Of a stretch of DNA of 64,000 nucleotides, positions 1-12,005 are shown one piece after another (the stretch's first letter is position 1; the number at the start of each line of letters is the position of its first letter). The notes below the pieces were generated by a model that saw only the letters and a list, made by a program, of their open reading frames with translations, ran no database searches and had not been told where the DNA came from. The DNA is taken from positions 32,001-96,000 of the forward strand of contig JBBQUR010000010.1 of NCBI GenBank assembly GCA_038212275.1, in the 5' to 3' direction. The DNA is from Planctomycetota bacterium. Lineage in GTDB: Bacteria > Planctomycetota > B15-G4. The position numbers and the translations under genes were made by a program.

Positions 1-933
1 TACCGGGTTGACGGCATCACGGGATCGGGACGGACGGCGCTGCCCGCGCTCACGCTGCTTTCCGCCGTGAGGGCGTTGTCCAGCGAGTCGCTGCACATCA
101 CCGACAGCGGCGTGCTGCACGAGATCTCCGGCGGCAAGTCGATCTTCAAGCTGCACGGCGACGACCCCGAACTCTTCCCGAGCATCCCGTCGGTGGACAT
201 GAGCCGTGCAGTGCGCGTGCCTGTCGCGGCGTTCGTCGATCTCTGCAACCGGACGATGTTCGCCGCGGCACGCGACATGGGACGTTACGCGTTCAACGGC
301 GTGCTGCTCGAGATCGATCCGCAGGAGATCACGCTGGTGGCCACGGACGGACGCAGGTTGGCCATGGCGCGCATGGAATGCGCGACGGGCGTCACCGAGC
401 GTCGGTCGAGCATCGTGCCCGTGAAGGGCCTCATACAGCTTCAGCGCGCGGCCGCCGACGGTGGCGAGGAACTCGCCATCGATCTTCGGGAGAACCAGGT
501 CGCGTTCCGGCTCGGCGGCGCGGAGATCATCGCGCAACTCGTCGAGGGCGAATTCCCCGATTTCCGGGCCGTCCTGCCGAAGGACAAGGACATGCCGAGG
601 CAGGTCGAGCTCGATCGCCAGGAACTGGCGCAAGCCGTCCACCGCGCATCGCTCACGGCCGGCGATCAGGGCCGGGCCGTCGAGTTGACCTTCGACAAGG
701 GACTGCTCTGCGTGACGTCCCGCCAGGAAGGCCTCGGTGAAGCCCGCAGCGAAATGGGAGTGGCCTACGATGGCGACGCCGTCGGAATCCGCTTCAATCC
801 CGAGTTCCTGGGCGAGTACCTCAAGGCTCTCGAAGACGCCACGGTGACGTTCCGCTTCAAGGACAGGATTTCAGCGGGGGAGTTCACCTCGTCCGGCAAC
901 GCACGCTATGTCCTGATGCCGATCACGTCGTGA
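1..933 (+). CDS. dnaN: DNA polymerase III beta sliding clamp (5' truncated by window edge)
   Basis: Frame is open from base 1. Clamp motifs: LVATDGRRLA, LVEGEFPDF, IRFNPEFL and C-terminal YVLMPI. Confidence 0.95.
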   Translation, partial: YRVDGITGSGRTALPALTLLSAVRALSSESLHITDSGVLHEISGGKSIFKLHGDDPELFPSIPSVDMSRAVRVPVAAFVDLCNRTMFAAARDMGRYAFNGVLLEIDPQEITLVATDGRRLAMARMECATGVTERRSSIVPVKGLIQLQRAAADGGEELAIDLRENQVAFRLGGAEIIAQLVEGEFPDFRAVLPKDKDMPRQVELDRQELAQAVHRASLTAGDQGRAVELTFDKGLLCVTSRQEGLGEARSEMGVAYDGDAVGIRFNPEFLGEYLKALEDATVTFRFKDRISAGEFTSSGNARYVLMPITS

Positions 934-1018
934 ACCTGAGCGGATCCACGCGCCTGGGCGGCGTGCCGGCAGGACACGAGAGTCCGGTCACGAGCCTGCC
1001 GGCCTTCACGGAAGACGC

Positions 1019-3720
<2,702 letters not shown>

Positions 3721-3771
3721 GCCGCGCGATCACACGCGCGCCGGGGAGCTGGAGCAGGACCGCGTGCGCGG

Positions 3772-4269
3772 CTAGCTCCGACCGGCGTCGTCTTCGCGCT
3801 GCGTCGGCTGCGCTGACTGCGCTGACTGCACTGCTTGCGTTGACTGCGTTGACTGCGCTGGATGCGCTGGATGCGCCGGATGCACTGGCTGTGTCGCCTG
3901 TGTCGCCTGTGCCGGAGGCGCGGCCGGCGCCGTCGGCGCCGTGGAGGAGGCTTCGCCGGGAGCCGGAAGCCGCGCAACGTCGTGCCAGTCGATGTCCGCG
4001 TCTTTCGCGAGGTCCAGGTCGTCCTTCATGTCGAGTCCCTGCTTGAACTCGGCGAGGCCAGGCAGCGATCCGATGCCGGCGGGGTCCTGCAGGTTCCTGG
4101 CGGTCTCGCTGGCCAGCGTGCGCAGCTTGCGAACGGTGCGTCCTGCCTTCCGCGCGACGTCCGGGAGGTCGCCGCCGAAGAGCATGATCGCGGCGGCGAC
4201 GACGATCATGAATTCCATCGGCCCGATGTCGAACAGGGCGAGGGACGCGGGCAGGCCGATGACGGACAT
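3772..4269 (-). CDS. TatA/TatB-family twin-arginine translocase subunit with low-complexity tail
   Basis: FDIGPMEFMIVVAAAIMLFGGDLPDVARKAGRTVRKLR (TM helix, FG hinge, amphipathic helix). ATG at 4269 lies 2 nt after the lptD stop. Confidence 0.8.
   Translation of the reverse strand: MSVIGLPASLALFDIGPMEFMIVVAAAIMLFGGDLPDVARKAGRTVRKLRTLASETARNLQDPAGIGSLPGLAEFKQGLDMKDDLDLAKDADIDWHDVARLPAPGEASSTAPTAPAAPPAQATQATQPVHPAHPAHPAQSTQSTQAVQSAQSAQPTQREDDAGRS
3808..3915. repeat. Degenerate 9-bp tandem repeat (about 12 units) in the Tat-family gene tail
   Basis: Units CTGCGCTGA, CTGCGTTGA, ATGCGCTGG and CTGTGTCGC read directly; they encode AQS/TQS/AHP/TQA tripeptides. Confidence 0.85.
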
Positions 4270-4271
4270 GC

Positions 4272-6743
4272 CTAGAAGATACTGTTTTCCGTGGAGCCCG
4301 TCAGACTGTCGTCGCCGACGCCCACCGGCGTGAACGTGATCGTGAAGCTGGTCTCGTTCTTGCTCTGCCCTGTGAAACTCTCCGCGCGGCTGTTGTCCAG
4401 CTCGAAGCCGATGTACCAGCAGTGCGCCTTCTGCCGAAGTCGGACGCCGCTGCGCACCTTGTCGCTCCCGCGCGTGTCCTGCTCGAGGAAGACGGCGACC
4501 GCCCACTTCGGATTGAGTTGCCATTCCACCGTCGTGGTCACGAAGTTGAACTGGCCCGCCACCGCACTGTTCCCGATGGTGAGCTTGCGGCCTTCGCCGA
4601 TGGCGGTGGTGAAGCTCGAATAGCTCGTCTTGTAGTGGCGCGTCTCCGGGTCGAGCGTGGCGCGCCATCGCACCGAGGCGTCCTGCAGCCCGGTGATGTT
4701 GGCGTGCGGAATCCAGCGCGTGTCCACGAGCAGCGGCCCGACGAGATTGTTGTCGTTGAAGGAATTCCTTCCAGGATACAGAGGCAGCAGCAGCTCGGTG
4801 TCGAGCAGCGTCGCGACCTTGTCGTTCTGGTGCGTCTGGATCCGGTCGCGCAGGTCCAGCTTGATCACCTGTCCGCGGTCGAGCTGCTCGACCTGGTCGA
4901 TCTGGATCAACTCATCCGGCCGCTTGTTGAGCGCGAAGAGGTTGAAGTATCCGGCGCGCAGCTCGACGATGCGGCGCAGGCCCTCGATGTTCCACAGTTC
5001 ACTGTGCGCCTCGCCGGTGCCGACATAGGTGCGGCTCCACTGCGCGCCCACGTCGTAGGCGTAGCGCACGTCGGCGCCGCCGTGGAGCGTGTTGCTGAAG
5101 CCGGTGAGGTCCTGGCCCGCCTTGAGCGAGACGCGGTCGCCGTTCGAGAGGTCGTAGGGCAGCGTGACCTCCGCATTGCTGCCGACGCGCAGCACGGTGT
5201 CCGTGGACTGCAGGCCCGAGTCGTCGGCTTCGAGCAGTCGCGCGTTGCTGATGAAGTCCTTCATCGTGAGGAAGGCGTCGCCGACCTGCTCGCCCGCGAC
5301 GCGATGGGTGAGCTCGGGCAGGTACTCGACCTGCGTGTCGAAGTCGTTCAGCCGCGTCTGCGCCAGCACGCCCCACATGTGGTTGTCCACGACGTCGCGG
5401 TACCAGACATACGTCTCCTGGGGCTTCTCCTCGCGGTACTCCTTCTCGTAGTACTCCTGCAGGAAGTTTCCATCGCTGATCGCGGAGACCTCGATGTCCA
5501 GGGTCCTGTGCGCGTCGATCTTCGTGCGGTGCTCGAGGTCGATGCGCCCGCGGTGATTGTCGTTGATGGGCTGGCCCAGGAAATCCTTGCTGGCCGAGTC
5601 GTTGATGTACGAGCCGAACAGCTTTCCGAACGAATCGTCCGTGTGGTAGCTGACCCCGGGCTGCGTGAAGAGTCCGCGCTTGCTGTAGAGGTTCTCGTCG
5701 AGCTCCCATTTCGCGCGCACTTTGCCGTCGTAACCGAAGAGGCCGGCCACGCCCGTGGCGAGGTTCGTCGCGTCGCCCTCCCACGCGGTCTCCAGTTCGT
5801 AACCGAAGCGCGTGCTGCTGCCGAAGCTGAAGCGGTGCAGCAGCAGCTGCCCGTTGTCGACGTTCAGGTTGAGGCCCGGCCACCACATCACGGGGGTCTC
5901 GCCCCAGCAGATGGTGTTGCCCGCCGTCTCCAGGATGCGGCCGTCCGGCGTCGGCGTGAGCGTCGCGTCCGCGGTCTGGATGTGCCAGTGCGGGTTGGCG
6001 TGATCGCAGTTGGTGTAGATCAGCCCCGTCATCTGCGAGCTGCCGTCGCGCAGCCGGTGCAGCAGGTCGTAGCGAGCGACGATCGTCTCGCCGTCCTTCG
6101 ACACGGAGCGCAGCTCGCCCTTCACCACCGTGGCCACGCCCGTCGCGTTGTCGAGCAGGAACGAGCTTGCACCCGTGATCGTCTCGTCGCCCTCGACGAC
6201 GCTCACGTGCCCGTCGAGATAAAGCTCGGCCAGACGCGCATCCTTGACGAACACGTTCCGTTCCGGCGTTCCGGCGCCGTCCTCCGTCGACGGCGGTGCC
6301 TCGGGTGTGGCGTCGGCCTTCGCGTCGGGCAGCATCACGATCACGAGCGTGTCGCCCTTGAGCGTGCGCGCCCCCTGCACCACCTCGACGCCCTCGAGGA
6401 AGACCCAGACAAGGCGGCTGGCGTCCTGCGGGTCCTTGAAAAGGTATTGAGGTCCGAGCGGCCTGATCAGCGTGCCGCCGGCAACGGGGAGGATGCGTGG
6501 CGCGGCGGGTGGAGCGACTGCCTGCGCATCGAGCGCTGCGACGGCGGTGTCGGCCTCCGGTGCGGCGGCGGGAAGCGGCGCCGTCGCAGCTTGCGGAGAC
6601 GCAGGCGTCACGACAGGCTCCTGCTGGGCGATCAGCGTCGGCGCGGCGGCGCACCACGCGCCCAGCAGGAATGCCAGGGCGGTCCGCAGCCCGGAGCGAG
6701 CACGACGTCGGCGGGGCGCGGGGCTGGGCTGCCGTCGTCGCAC
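4272..6743 (-). CDS. lptD: LptD-like LPS assembly outer-membrane beta-barrel protein
   Basis: Signal peptide, OstA-like N-terminal region (LYLDGHV, YTNCDHANPHWHI), SDGNFLQEYY and C-terminal beta-strands (KAHCWYIGFE, TSFTITF). GTG start at 6743 follows AAGGAG. Confidence 0.8.
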   Translation of the reverse strand: MRRRQPSPAPRRRRARSGLRTALAFLLGAWCAAAPTLIAQQEPVVTPASPQAATAPLPAAAPEADTAVAALDAQAVAPPAAPRILPVAGGTLIRPLGPQYLFKDPQDASRLVWVFLEGVEVVQGARTLKGDTLVIVMLPDAKADATPEAPPSTEDGAGTPERNVFVKDARLAELYLDGHVSVVEGDETITGASSFLLDNATGVATVVKGELRSVSKDGETIVARYDLLHRLRDGSSQMTGLIYTNCDHANPHWHIQTADATLTPTPDGRILETAGNTICWGETPVMWWPGLNLNVDNGQLLLHRFSFGSSTRFGYELETAWEGDATNLATGVAGLFGYDGKVRAKWELDENLYSKRGLFTQPGVSYHTDDSFGKLFGSYINDSASKDFLGQPINDNHRGRIDLEHRTKIDAHRTLDIEVSAISDGNFLQEYYEKEYREEKPQETYVWYRDVVDNHMWGVLAQTRLNDFDTQVEYLPELTHRVAGEQVGDAFLTMKDFISNARLLEADDSGLQSTDTVLRVGSNAEVTLPYDLSNGDRVSLKAGQDLTGFSNTLHGGADVRYAYDVGAQWSRTYVGTGEAHSELWNIEGLRRIVELRAGYFNLFALNKRPDELIQIDQVEQLDRGQVIKLDLRDRIQTHQNDKVATLLDTELLLPLYPGRNSFNDNNLVGPLLVDTRWIPHANITGLQDASVRWRATLDPETRHYKTSYSSFTTAIGEGRKLTIGNSAVAGQFNFVTTTVEWQLNPKWAVAVFLEQDTRGSDKVRSGVRLRQKAHCWYIGFELDNSRAESFTGQSKNETSFTITFTPVGVGDDSLTGSTENSIF

Positions 6744-6747
6744 GCGC

Positions 6748-9612
6748 CTACTCCTTGACCCTGATCGTGGAGCGCACGATGCGGGCCTCCTGCGAACGAG
6801 GATGCACTTCCACCTGCGCGGCGTCGACCACGTTGCCTTCCCAGATGAGCCGGCAATGGCCGGTGAGCAGCGCGACATCCCGACCGACGTCCCACGCGAG
6901 TTCGTCGCCGCGCACTTCGATGTCGCCAAGGTGGCACACGACGTCGCCGGTGGCCTGCAGGCTGCGCAGTTCGTCGTGTTCGTCCGTGACGGCGCGCAGC
7001 AGTTCAGTCGCGGCCACGCTGCGCAGCTCGCTGCCCTCGCCCTGCTGCACCGAGGCGTGACCGAGCAGCTCCACCGTGCGCGTGATGCGGTCCGCCTCGA
7101 GCCGGTCACCCGACAGGTGCAGCGGGGCACGCGAGCCGGCCGTGAAGAGCGTGCCGACGGCGCTGCCTTCCGCGCTCAGGTGCTGCGGCGTACCGTCGGG
7201 CGCGGCGCGCACGGCGAGGCGCTGTGTGGCCGCCAGCGCCACGTGCTCCGCCGCCGTCCGGCGCTCGAAGGAACTGGGCCCCTCCAGCACGGCGGTTCCC
7301 GCGCGGCCATCGAGCGCCAGCAACTCGGTGTGAAAGCGGCCCTGCTGATCATTGCCGCCTTCGACGCCGTCGCGCAGCGTGCCGAAGCCGTCGCGTAGCG
7401 CGTCGTCCGCACCCGGCGGAACGGTCCAGTCGAGGCTGCCGCGCGAGGTCAGCACGAAAGCCTCCGCCGCGGGGGTGCGGGCCGCGAAGCTGATGCGCAC
7501 GTCGCTCCCCAGGTGCAGCACGCCGGTGCCGTCGTCCCAGCGCATGCCGGTGCCCGAGCCCGACATGCCCGCGCGCGACCACGCCACGGCCTCGCTGCTG
7601 GTGACAATGGGGGACGAGTCCGCGTTCTCCACGCGCACCTCGGTGCCGTCCACGAGCAGCGGGCCGTCGCGCCCGGCGAGGCTTGCGTGCGACTTGCCGC
7701 GCAGCGTCATCGTGTGCGACGGCCCGTCCACGAGCAGCGTCTCGGTGTCGAGCGTCGAGCCATCGCTCATGCGGCCGGTGACGCGACCGCGCAGCTCGCC
7801 GTGCCCGTCCTGAGCGCTGGTGGCGTGCGGCGGGGCGACCCACGTCAGTCCGCCCGCTCCGTTCAGCTCCGCCGTGAGCTGGTTCTCGGGATCCGTGAAG
7901 CGGATCTGCGCGTCGCGGGTCAGGTCGAGCTGGCCGGTCGTCTCGTCGTAGACCATGCCCGTGCCCACGATGGTCACGCCGTCGCGCGACCACGACACCT
8001 CGTCGGGCGAGGTGACCATGGCACCGGTGCGTTGCATCGACGCCGCCACCAGGCGCGCGGGCAGCACGTCGATCGGCCCGGAGAGCAGCACGACGTCGCC
8101 CTCGGCGGAGACGAGCGCAAGGCGCTGGTGCTCGTCGGCGCCCAGCGTGATGCGCTGCGCCGAGGCCTCGTTGCGCCGGTCATCGGCGACACGCCGGAAC
8201 TGCGCCGAGCCCTCCAGCCGGAACGCGCGCGCGGCGCCGTCGAAGAAGAGCATGTCCGTTGCGAAGCTCGTGCCGTCGGGCAGCGTGCCCGACACCTTGC
8301 CGCGCAGCTCGCCCTGCGCCGCCGCGATCGGGTCCGTCGCCTCCGGCGGGATGGTCCACGTCATGCCACCGGGCGCGAAGACGCGCAGCCCGGCGAGCGG
8401 CTGCTCGCTGTTCTCATCCACGGAGATCTGCGCTTCGCGGTCGTACACGAGCCGACCGACGGCCGTGTCCCAGTCGAGCTGCGTGCCCGTGGCGACGACG
8501 CCCTCCTGGCTCCACGTGACCTCGCCCGGTGCGGTGACCCGCGAGTCCTGCATGCGGATGTGCTCCGTGACCATCCACGCCGGCAGCACCGCGAACGGCG
8601 CGGACACCAGCCGCACGGAACCGTCCGCCTGCGCGATCGCGAAGCGCCCGCTCTCGTCCGCCTCGAGCGCGATGTGCTGCGCCGTGAGCTGCAGCTTGCG
8701 GCCCTTGTCCTCGCGCTCGTAGGCGGCGCGCTCCACCAGCCGGATCGTGCCGGTGCGGCCGTCCACGAGCAGGCTCTGCGCGGCGACGCGCGTGCCGTCC
8801 GACGCGACGCCCGTGACCGGCCCGCGCAACTCGCCCCAGCTCTGGGTGCGCGGATCCTTGCTGCCGGGCGGCAGGTTCCACGTGAGGCCGTCGGGCGCGT
8901 TCAACTCCAGGCCGCGCCGCTCGGGGCTCTCGACGAGCGTGATCGTCGCGTTGCTCGAGAAGTCCAGCCGGCCCGTGTCGCCGTCCCAGGTCATGTCTTC
9001 GCCGACGAGGGACATGTCGTCGCGCGACCAGGTGACGTGGCCCGGCGCCTTCACCAGGGCGCCGTCCACGTCGACGCGCTCCGCGGTCACGTGCGCGGCG
9101 TGGCCGTCGGCCATGAGCATGTCGCCCTGCACGTCGCCGATGAGGGAGAAGCGCTGCGCGTTCATGTGCGAGAGGTCGATACGCACTGCGCCGCCGACGG
9201 AGTCGCCGGTCTCGAAGCGCGCGCTGTTCGAGGAGAGCGTGCCGTTCTCGGCGCCCGTGATGCGATCGAGCAGCCTCACGAACGGGCTCTCGGCGACGAA
9301 CGCGCCCGACGCGTCGGGCCTGCCGGACTTGATCTTCACGCGATAGGCGGGCACTTCGCGCATGCTGCCGTCGGCGCCCTCCACCGGCTGCACGACGTCG
9401 AACTCGACCTCGCCCGGAAACATGACCTGCGTCGCGCGGTCATCCTTCTCGTCCTGGATGCGGAGACTCGGGGCGTCCTTGCCGGCGGCATCGAGCTCGC
9501 CGATGTGCGCGCGCTTGCGGCCGGAAAGAGGGTCGGCAAGCAGATACACCACGGCAAGACCCGCCGTCACCATGCCGGCGAACAGCAGCGCGCGACGAGC
9601 GGCCGGTTTCAC
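6748..9612 (-). CDS. Large membrane-anchored LptC/LptA(OstA)-like protein with four tandem beta-rich repeats
   Basis: N-terminal basic segment plus TM helix; repeated (A/S)P.EV.WS..G....G..M.WD..TG.L and GL.W..PP....GELRG.V.G motifs; lies between kdsC and lptD. Confidence 0.7.
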   Translation of the reverse strand: MKPAARRALLFAGMVTAGLAVVYLLADPLSGRKRAHIGELDAAGKDAPSLRIQDEKDDRATQVMFPGEVEFDVVQPVEGADGSMREVPAYRVKIKSGRPDASGAFVAESPFVRLLDRITGAENGTLSSNSARFETGDSVGGAVRIDLSHMNAQRFSLIGDVQGDMLMADGHAAHVTAERVDVDGALVKAPGHVTWSRDDMSLVGEDMTWDGDTGRLDFSSNATITLVESPERRGLELNAPDGLTWNLPPGSKDPRTQSWGELRGPVTGVASDGTRVAAQSLLVDGRTGTIRLVERAAYEREDKGRKLQLTAQHIALEADESGRFAIAQADGSVRLVSAPFAVLPAWMVTEHIRMQDSRVTAPGEVTWSQEGVVATGTQLDWDTAVGRLVYDREAQISVDENSEQPLAGLRVFAPGGMTWTIPPEATDPIAAAQGELRGKVSGTLPDGTSFATDMLFFDGAARAFRLEGSAQFRRVADDRRNEASAQRITLGADEHQRLALVSAEGDVVLLSGPIDVLPARLVAASMQRTGAMVTSPDEVSWSRDGVTIVGTGMVYDETTGQLDLTRDAQIRFTDPENQLTAELNGAGGLTWVAPPHATSAQDGHGELRGRVTGRMSDGSTLDTETLLVDGPSHTMTLRGKSHASLAGRDGPLLVDGTEVRVENADSSPIVTSSEAVAWSRAGMSGSGTGMRWDDGTGVLHLGSDVRISFAARTPAAEAFVLTSRGSLDWTVPPGADDALRDGFGTLRDGVEGGNDQQGRFHTELLALDGRAGTAVLEGPSSFERRTAAEHVALAATQRLAVRAAPDGTPQHLSAEGSAVGTLFTAGSRAPLHLSGDRLEADRITRTVELLGHASVQQGEGSELRSVAATELLRAVTDEHDELRSLQATGDVVCHLGDIEVRGDELAWDVGRDVALLTGHCRLIWEGNVVDAAQVEVHPRSQEARIVRSTIRVKE

Positions 9613-10130
9613 CGGATGGCTTCCAGGAGCTTGTCCCAGCGGCCGGTGCCGCGCAGCACGTGCTCGACGAGGTCGCGCACGGCGCCGCGGCCGCCGCGCG
9701 ACGGCACGACGAGATCCACGCGGCTGGCCACGTCGCGCGAGCAGTCGGCAGGCGCCGCGGAGAAGCCCGCGCGCTCGAGAATGCGAAGGTCCGGCACGTC
9801 GTCGCCCATGACGGCGACCTGATTCGCCGCGAGGCCGAAGTGCAAGAGGATGTCGTCGAAGGCCGCGGACTTGTCGCGCGCGTTCTCCCAGATGCGCTCG
9901 ATGCGCAGCTCGCGGGCGCGGCGCTGCACCGCGGCGCCGCCGCGCCCCGTGAGGAAGGTGGTGTGGAAGCCCGCGTCGCGCCAGAGCGCGAGGCCCGCGC
10001 CGTCGCGCGTGTGGAAGGCTTTCAGCTCCTCGTTGCCCGCGCCGAGGATCACCGTGCCGTCCGTGAGCACGCCATCCACGTCGAGCACGAGCAGGCGCAG
10101 CGCGTTCAGGTCCGGAGGTCGGGTGCTCAC
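9609..10130 (-). CDS. kdsC: KDO-8-phosphate phosphatase (HAD family)
   Basis: LDVDGVLTDG, F.TRDG.G, LTGR and MGDDVPD motifs; adjacent to kdsD. Confidence 0.92.
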   Translation of the reverse strand: MSTRPPDLNALRLLVLDVDGVLTDGTVILGAGNEELKAFHTRDGAGLALWRDAGFHTTFLTGRGGAAVQRRARELRIERIWENARDKSAAFDDILLHFGLAANQVAVMGDDVPDLRILERAGFSAAPADCSRDVASRVDLVVPSRGGRGAVRDLVEHVLRGTGRWDKLLEAIR

Positions 10131-11131
10131 GGCATCATCCGCAGCTCGAGCAGGTCCTGCACGTCGAGCAGGCCGACAGCGCGACCGTCGTCATCCACCA
10201 CGGGCAGCTGGTCGATCTTGCGCTCGCGCAGAATGCGTCGCGCCTCGCTCACGAGCTGTTCCGGGCGCACGCTGGCGGGCTTCTCGGTCATGACCTCGTC
10301 GATCGGCGCCGAGAGCATGCCGAAGTCGTTCTTCGCGCGTGCCGCGAGCAGGTTGCGGCGCAGGTCGCCGTCGGTGTAGATCCCGGCGAAACGGCCGTCC
10401 GTCGCCACGACGATGACCGCGCCCGGCCGCCCCGGCGTCGAGGTCATGCGTTCCACGGCCTGCGCGAGCGAGCTGCCGGCCGAGATCGTCGGCAGCATCT
10501 CCCCGCGGCGCATGACCTCTTCCACGCGCAGCAGCGAGCGGCCGAGGTCCCCGCCGGGGTGGAAGCGCGCGAACTCCTCGTGCGAAAAGCGGCGTTCGGA
10601 GAGCACGGCCATCGCGAGGGCGTCGCCGAGGGCCAGCATGACGGTGGTGGAGGTGGTGGGCGCGAGTCCCAGCGGGCAGGCCTCGGTGACGCGGCCGTAG
10701 TCGAGCACCACGTCCGCATGCCGCCCGAGCGGCGAATCCGCGTCGGCCGTGATGGCCACCAGCTTCGCGCCGATGTCCTTGAGCGGGCCGACGAGGCGCA
10801 GCAGCTCCGCGGTGGTGCCGCTGTTGGAGAGCGCCAGCACCACGTCGTGGCGCGTGACGCGTCCGAGGTCGCCGTGCAGCGCCTCGGCCGGGTGCAGGTA
10901 GTCGCTCGGCGTGCCGGTGCTGGCAAGCGTCGCGCCGATCTTGCGCGCGATGATCCCGGCCTTGCCGATGCCCGACATGACCACGCGCCCCTCGCACCCC
11001 GCGAGCAGCCGGACCGCCCGTATGAAGTCCGCGTCCAGCGTGGCGCCGAGCAGCGAAAGGGCCGCCGTCTCGGCGTCGAGCAGCGCGCGGGCGCCGGCGA
11101 GGATGTCCTGGTCTGAAGCCACTCTGAGCAC
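10127..11131 (-). CDS. kdsD: Arabinose-5-phosphate isomerase, KpsF/GutQ family (SIS + CBS)
   Basis: GIGKAGIIARKIGATLASTGTPS, HPAEALHGDLG, EACPLGLAPTTST, FARFHPGG and a CBS pair. Confidence 0.95.
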   Translation of the reverse strand: MLRVASDQDILAGARALLDAETAALSLLGATLDADFIRAVRLLAGCEGRVVMSGIGKAGIIARKIGATLASTGTPSDYLHPAEALHGDLGRVTRHDVVLALSNSGTTAELLRLVGPLKDIGAKLVAITADADSPLGRHADVVLDYGRVTEACPLGLAPTTSTTVMLALGDALAMAVLSERRFSHEEFARFHPGGDLGRSLLRVEEVMRRGEMLPTISAGSSLAQAVERMTSTPGRPGAVIVVATDGRFAGIYTDGDLRRNLLAARAKNDFGMLSAPIDEVMTEKPASVRPEQLVSEARRILRERKIDQLPVVDDDGRAVGLLDVQDLLELRMMP

Positions 11132-11245
11132 CGCCCTCGTGCGCGCGGACCGTGCGGCTCCGCGCTCCCGGATTGGGGGCGGCGCGGACGCCGCGGGCCG
11201 CTAGAGTAGCGAACCGCTCGTCGCCTTCGCATCCCGGACCCGCCC

Positions 11246-11977
11246 TTGAACACGGAAGATCCCGCCACGCTCGTCGGGGTGCTCGTCATCCTGTTGCTGT
11301 CGCTGAGCTGGCACGAGGCGGCGCACGCCTGGGTGGCCGACCGTCTTGGCGACCCGACCGCGCGCTCGCTGGGCCGGGTGACCCTCAACCCGCTCAAGCA
11401 CCTGGACCCGTTCTTCTCGGTGCTGCTGCCCATCGCGATGTACTTGTCCACCGGCTACGCCTTCGGTGGCGGCAAGCCGGTGCCGATCAACGTGATGAAT
11501 TTCAGGAACCGCGCGCGCGACTTCATGCTCGTGGCGCTGGCCGGGCCCGGCAGCAACATCCTGCTCGCGCTCGGCTTCAGTCTGGTCTTCCTGGTTGCGG
11601 CGAGCACCGGGCTCATGCCGGCGGTCGTGATCCACAGCCCCTACGGCGCCGCCAACGTCATTCCGCCGCAGATGCTGCGGCCCGATCCGGACTCGTTCCT
11701 GCAGTCCTGGCTGGCGACCGGGGTCCTGCTGAACCTCCTGCTCGCCGCCTTCAACATGATCCCGCTGCCGCCGCTGGACGGCAGCCGCGTGGTGGGCTGG
11801 TTGCTGCCGGCCAGCCTGCAGCGCTACTGGTATTCTCTCGACCGCATCGGGATCTTGCTGGTGCTCCTGCTGGTCTTCTATTTCCACGGGAGCTCGTTCA
11901 TCCTGGATCACGTCTTCCGGGCGTATGACGTCCTCGCGAACCACGTGGACGACCTCGTGATGAGGTTCGCCACATGA
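11246..11977 (+). CDS. Site-2 protease family (M50) membrane metalloprotease
   Basis: HEAAH zinc motif, LGDPTA..GR.TLNPL.H.DP, VALAGP.SN and FNMIPLPPLDG. Confidence 0.93.
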   Translation: MNTEDPATLVGVLVILLLSLSWHEAAHAWVADRLGDPTARSLGRVTLNPLKHLDPFFSVLLPIAMYLSTGYAFGGGKPVPINVMNFRNRARDFMLVALAGPGSNILLALGFSLVFLVAASTGLMPAVVIHSPYGAANVIPPQMLRPDPDSFLQSWLATGVLLNLLLAAFNMIPLPPLDGSRVVGWLLPASLQRYWYSLDRIGILLVLLLVFYFHGSSFILDHVFRAYDVLANHVDDLVMRFAT

Positions 11978-12005
11978 ACCCCGCCACTGCGCCAGGGAGC
12001 GCGCC

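Noticed and set aside
934..1018. oriC or DnaA boxes near dnaN
   Set aside because: No TTATCCACA-like boxes or AT-rich region seen here or in the other intergenic gaps.
6744..7130. N-terminal extension of the lptD ORF as called in the ORF track
   Set aside because: It overlaps the upstream gene; an RBS plus GTG at 6743 followed by a signal peptide is more plausible. Similar over-extended starts were trimmed for rsmB, the epimerase, the LeuA-like gene, dapF, ribBA, the ATPase, the platform protein and the sulfatase-like gene.
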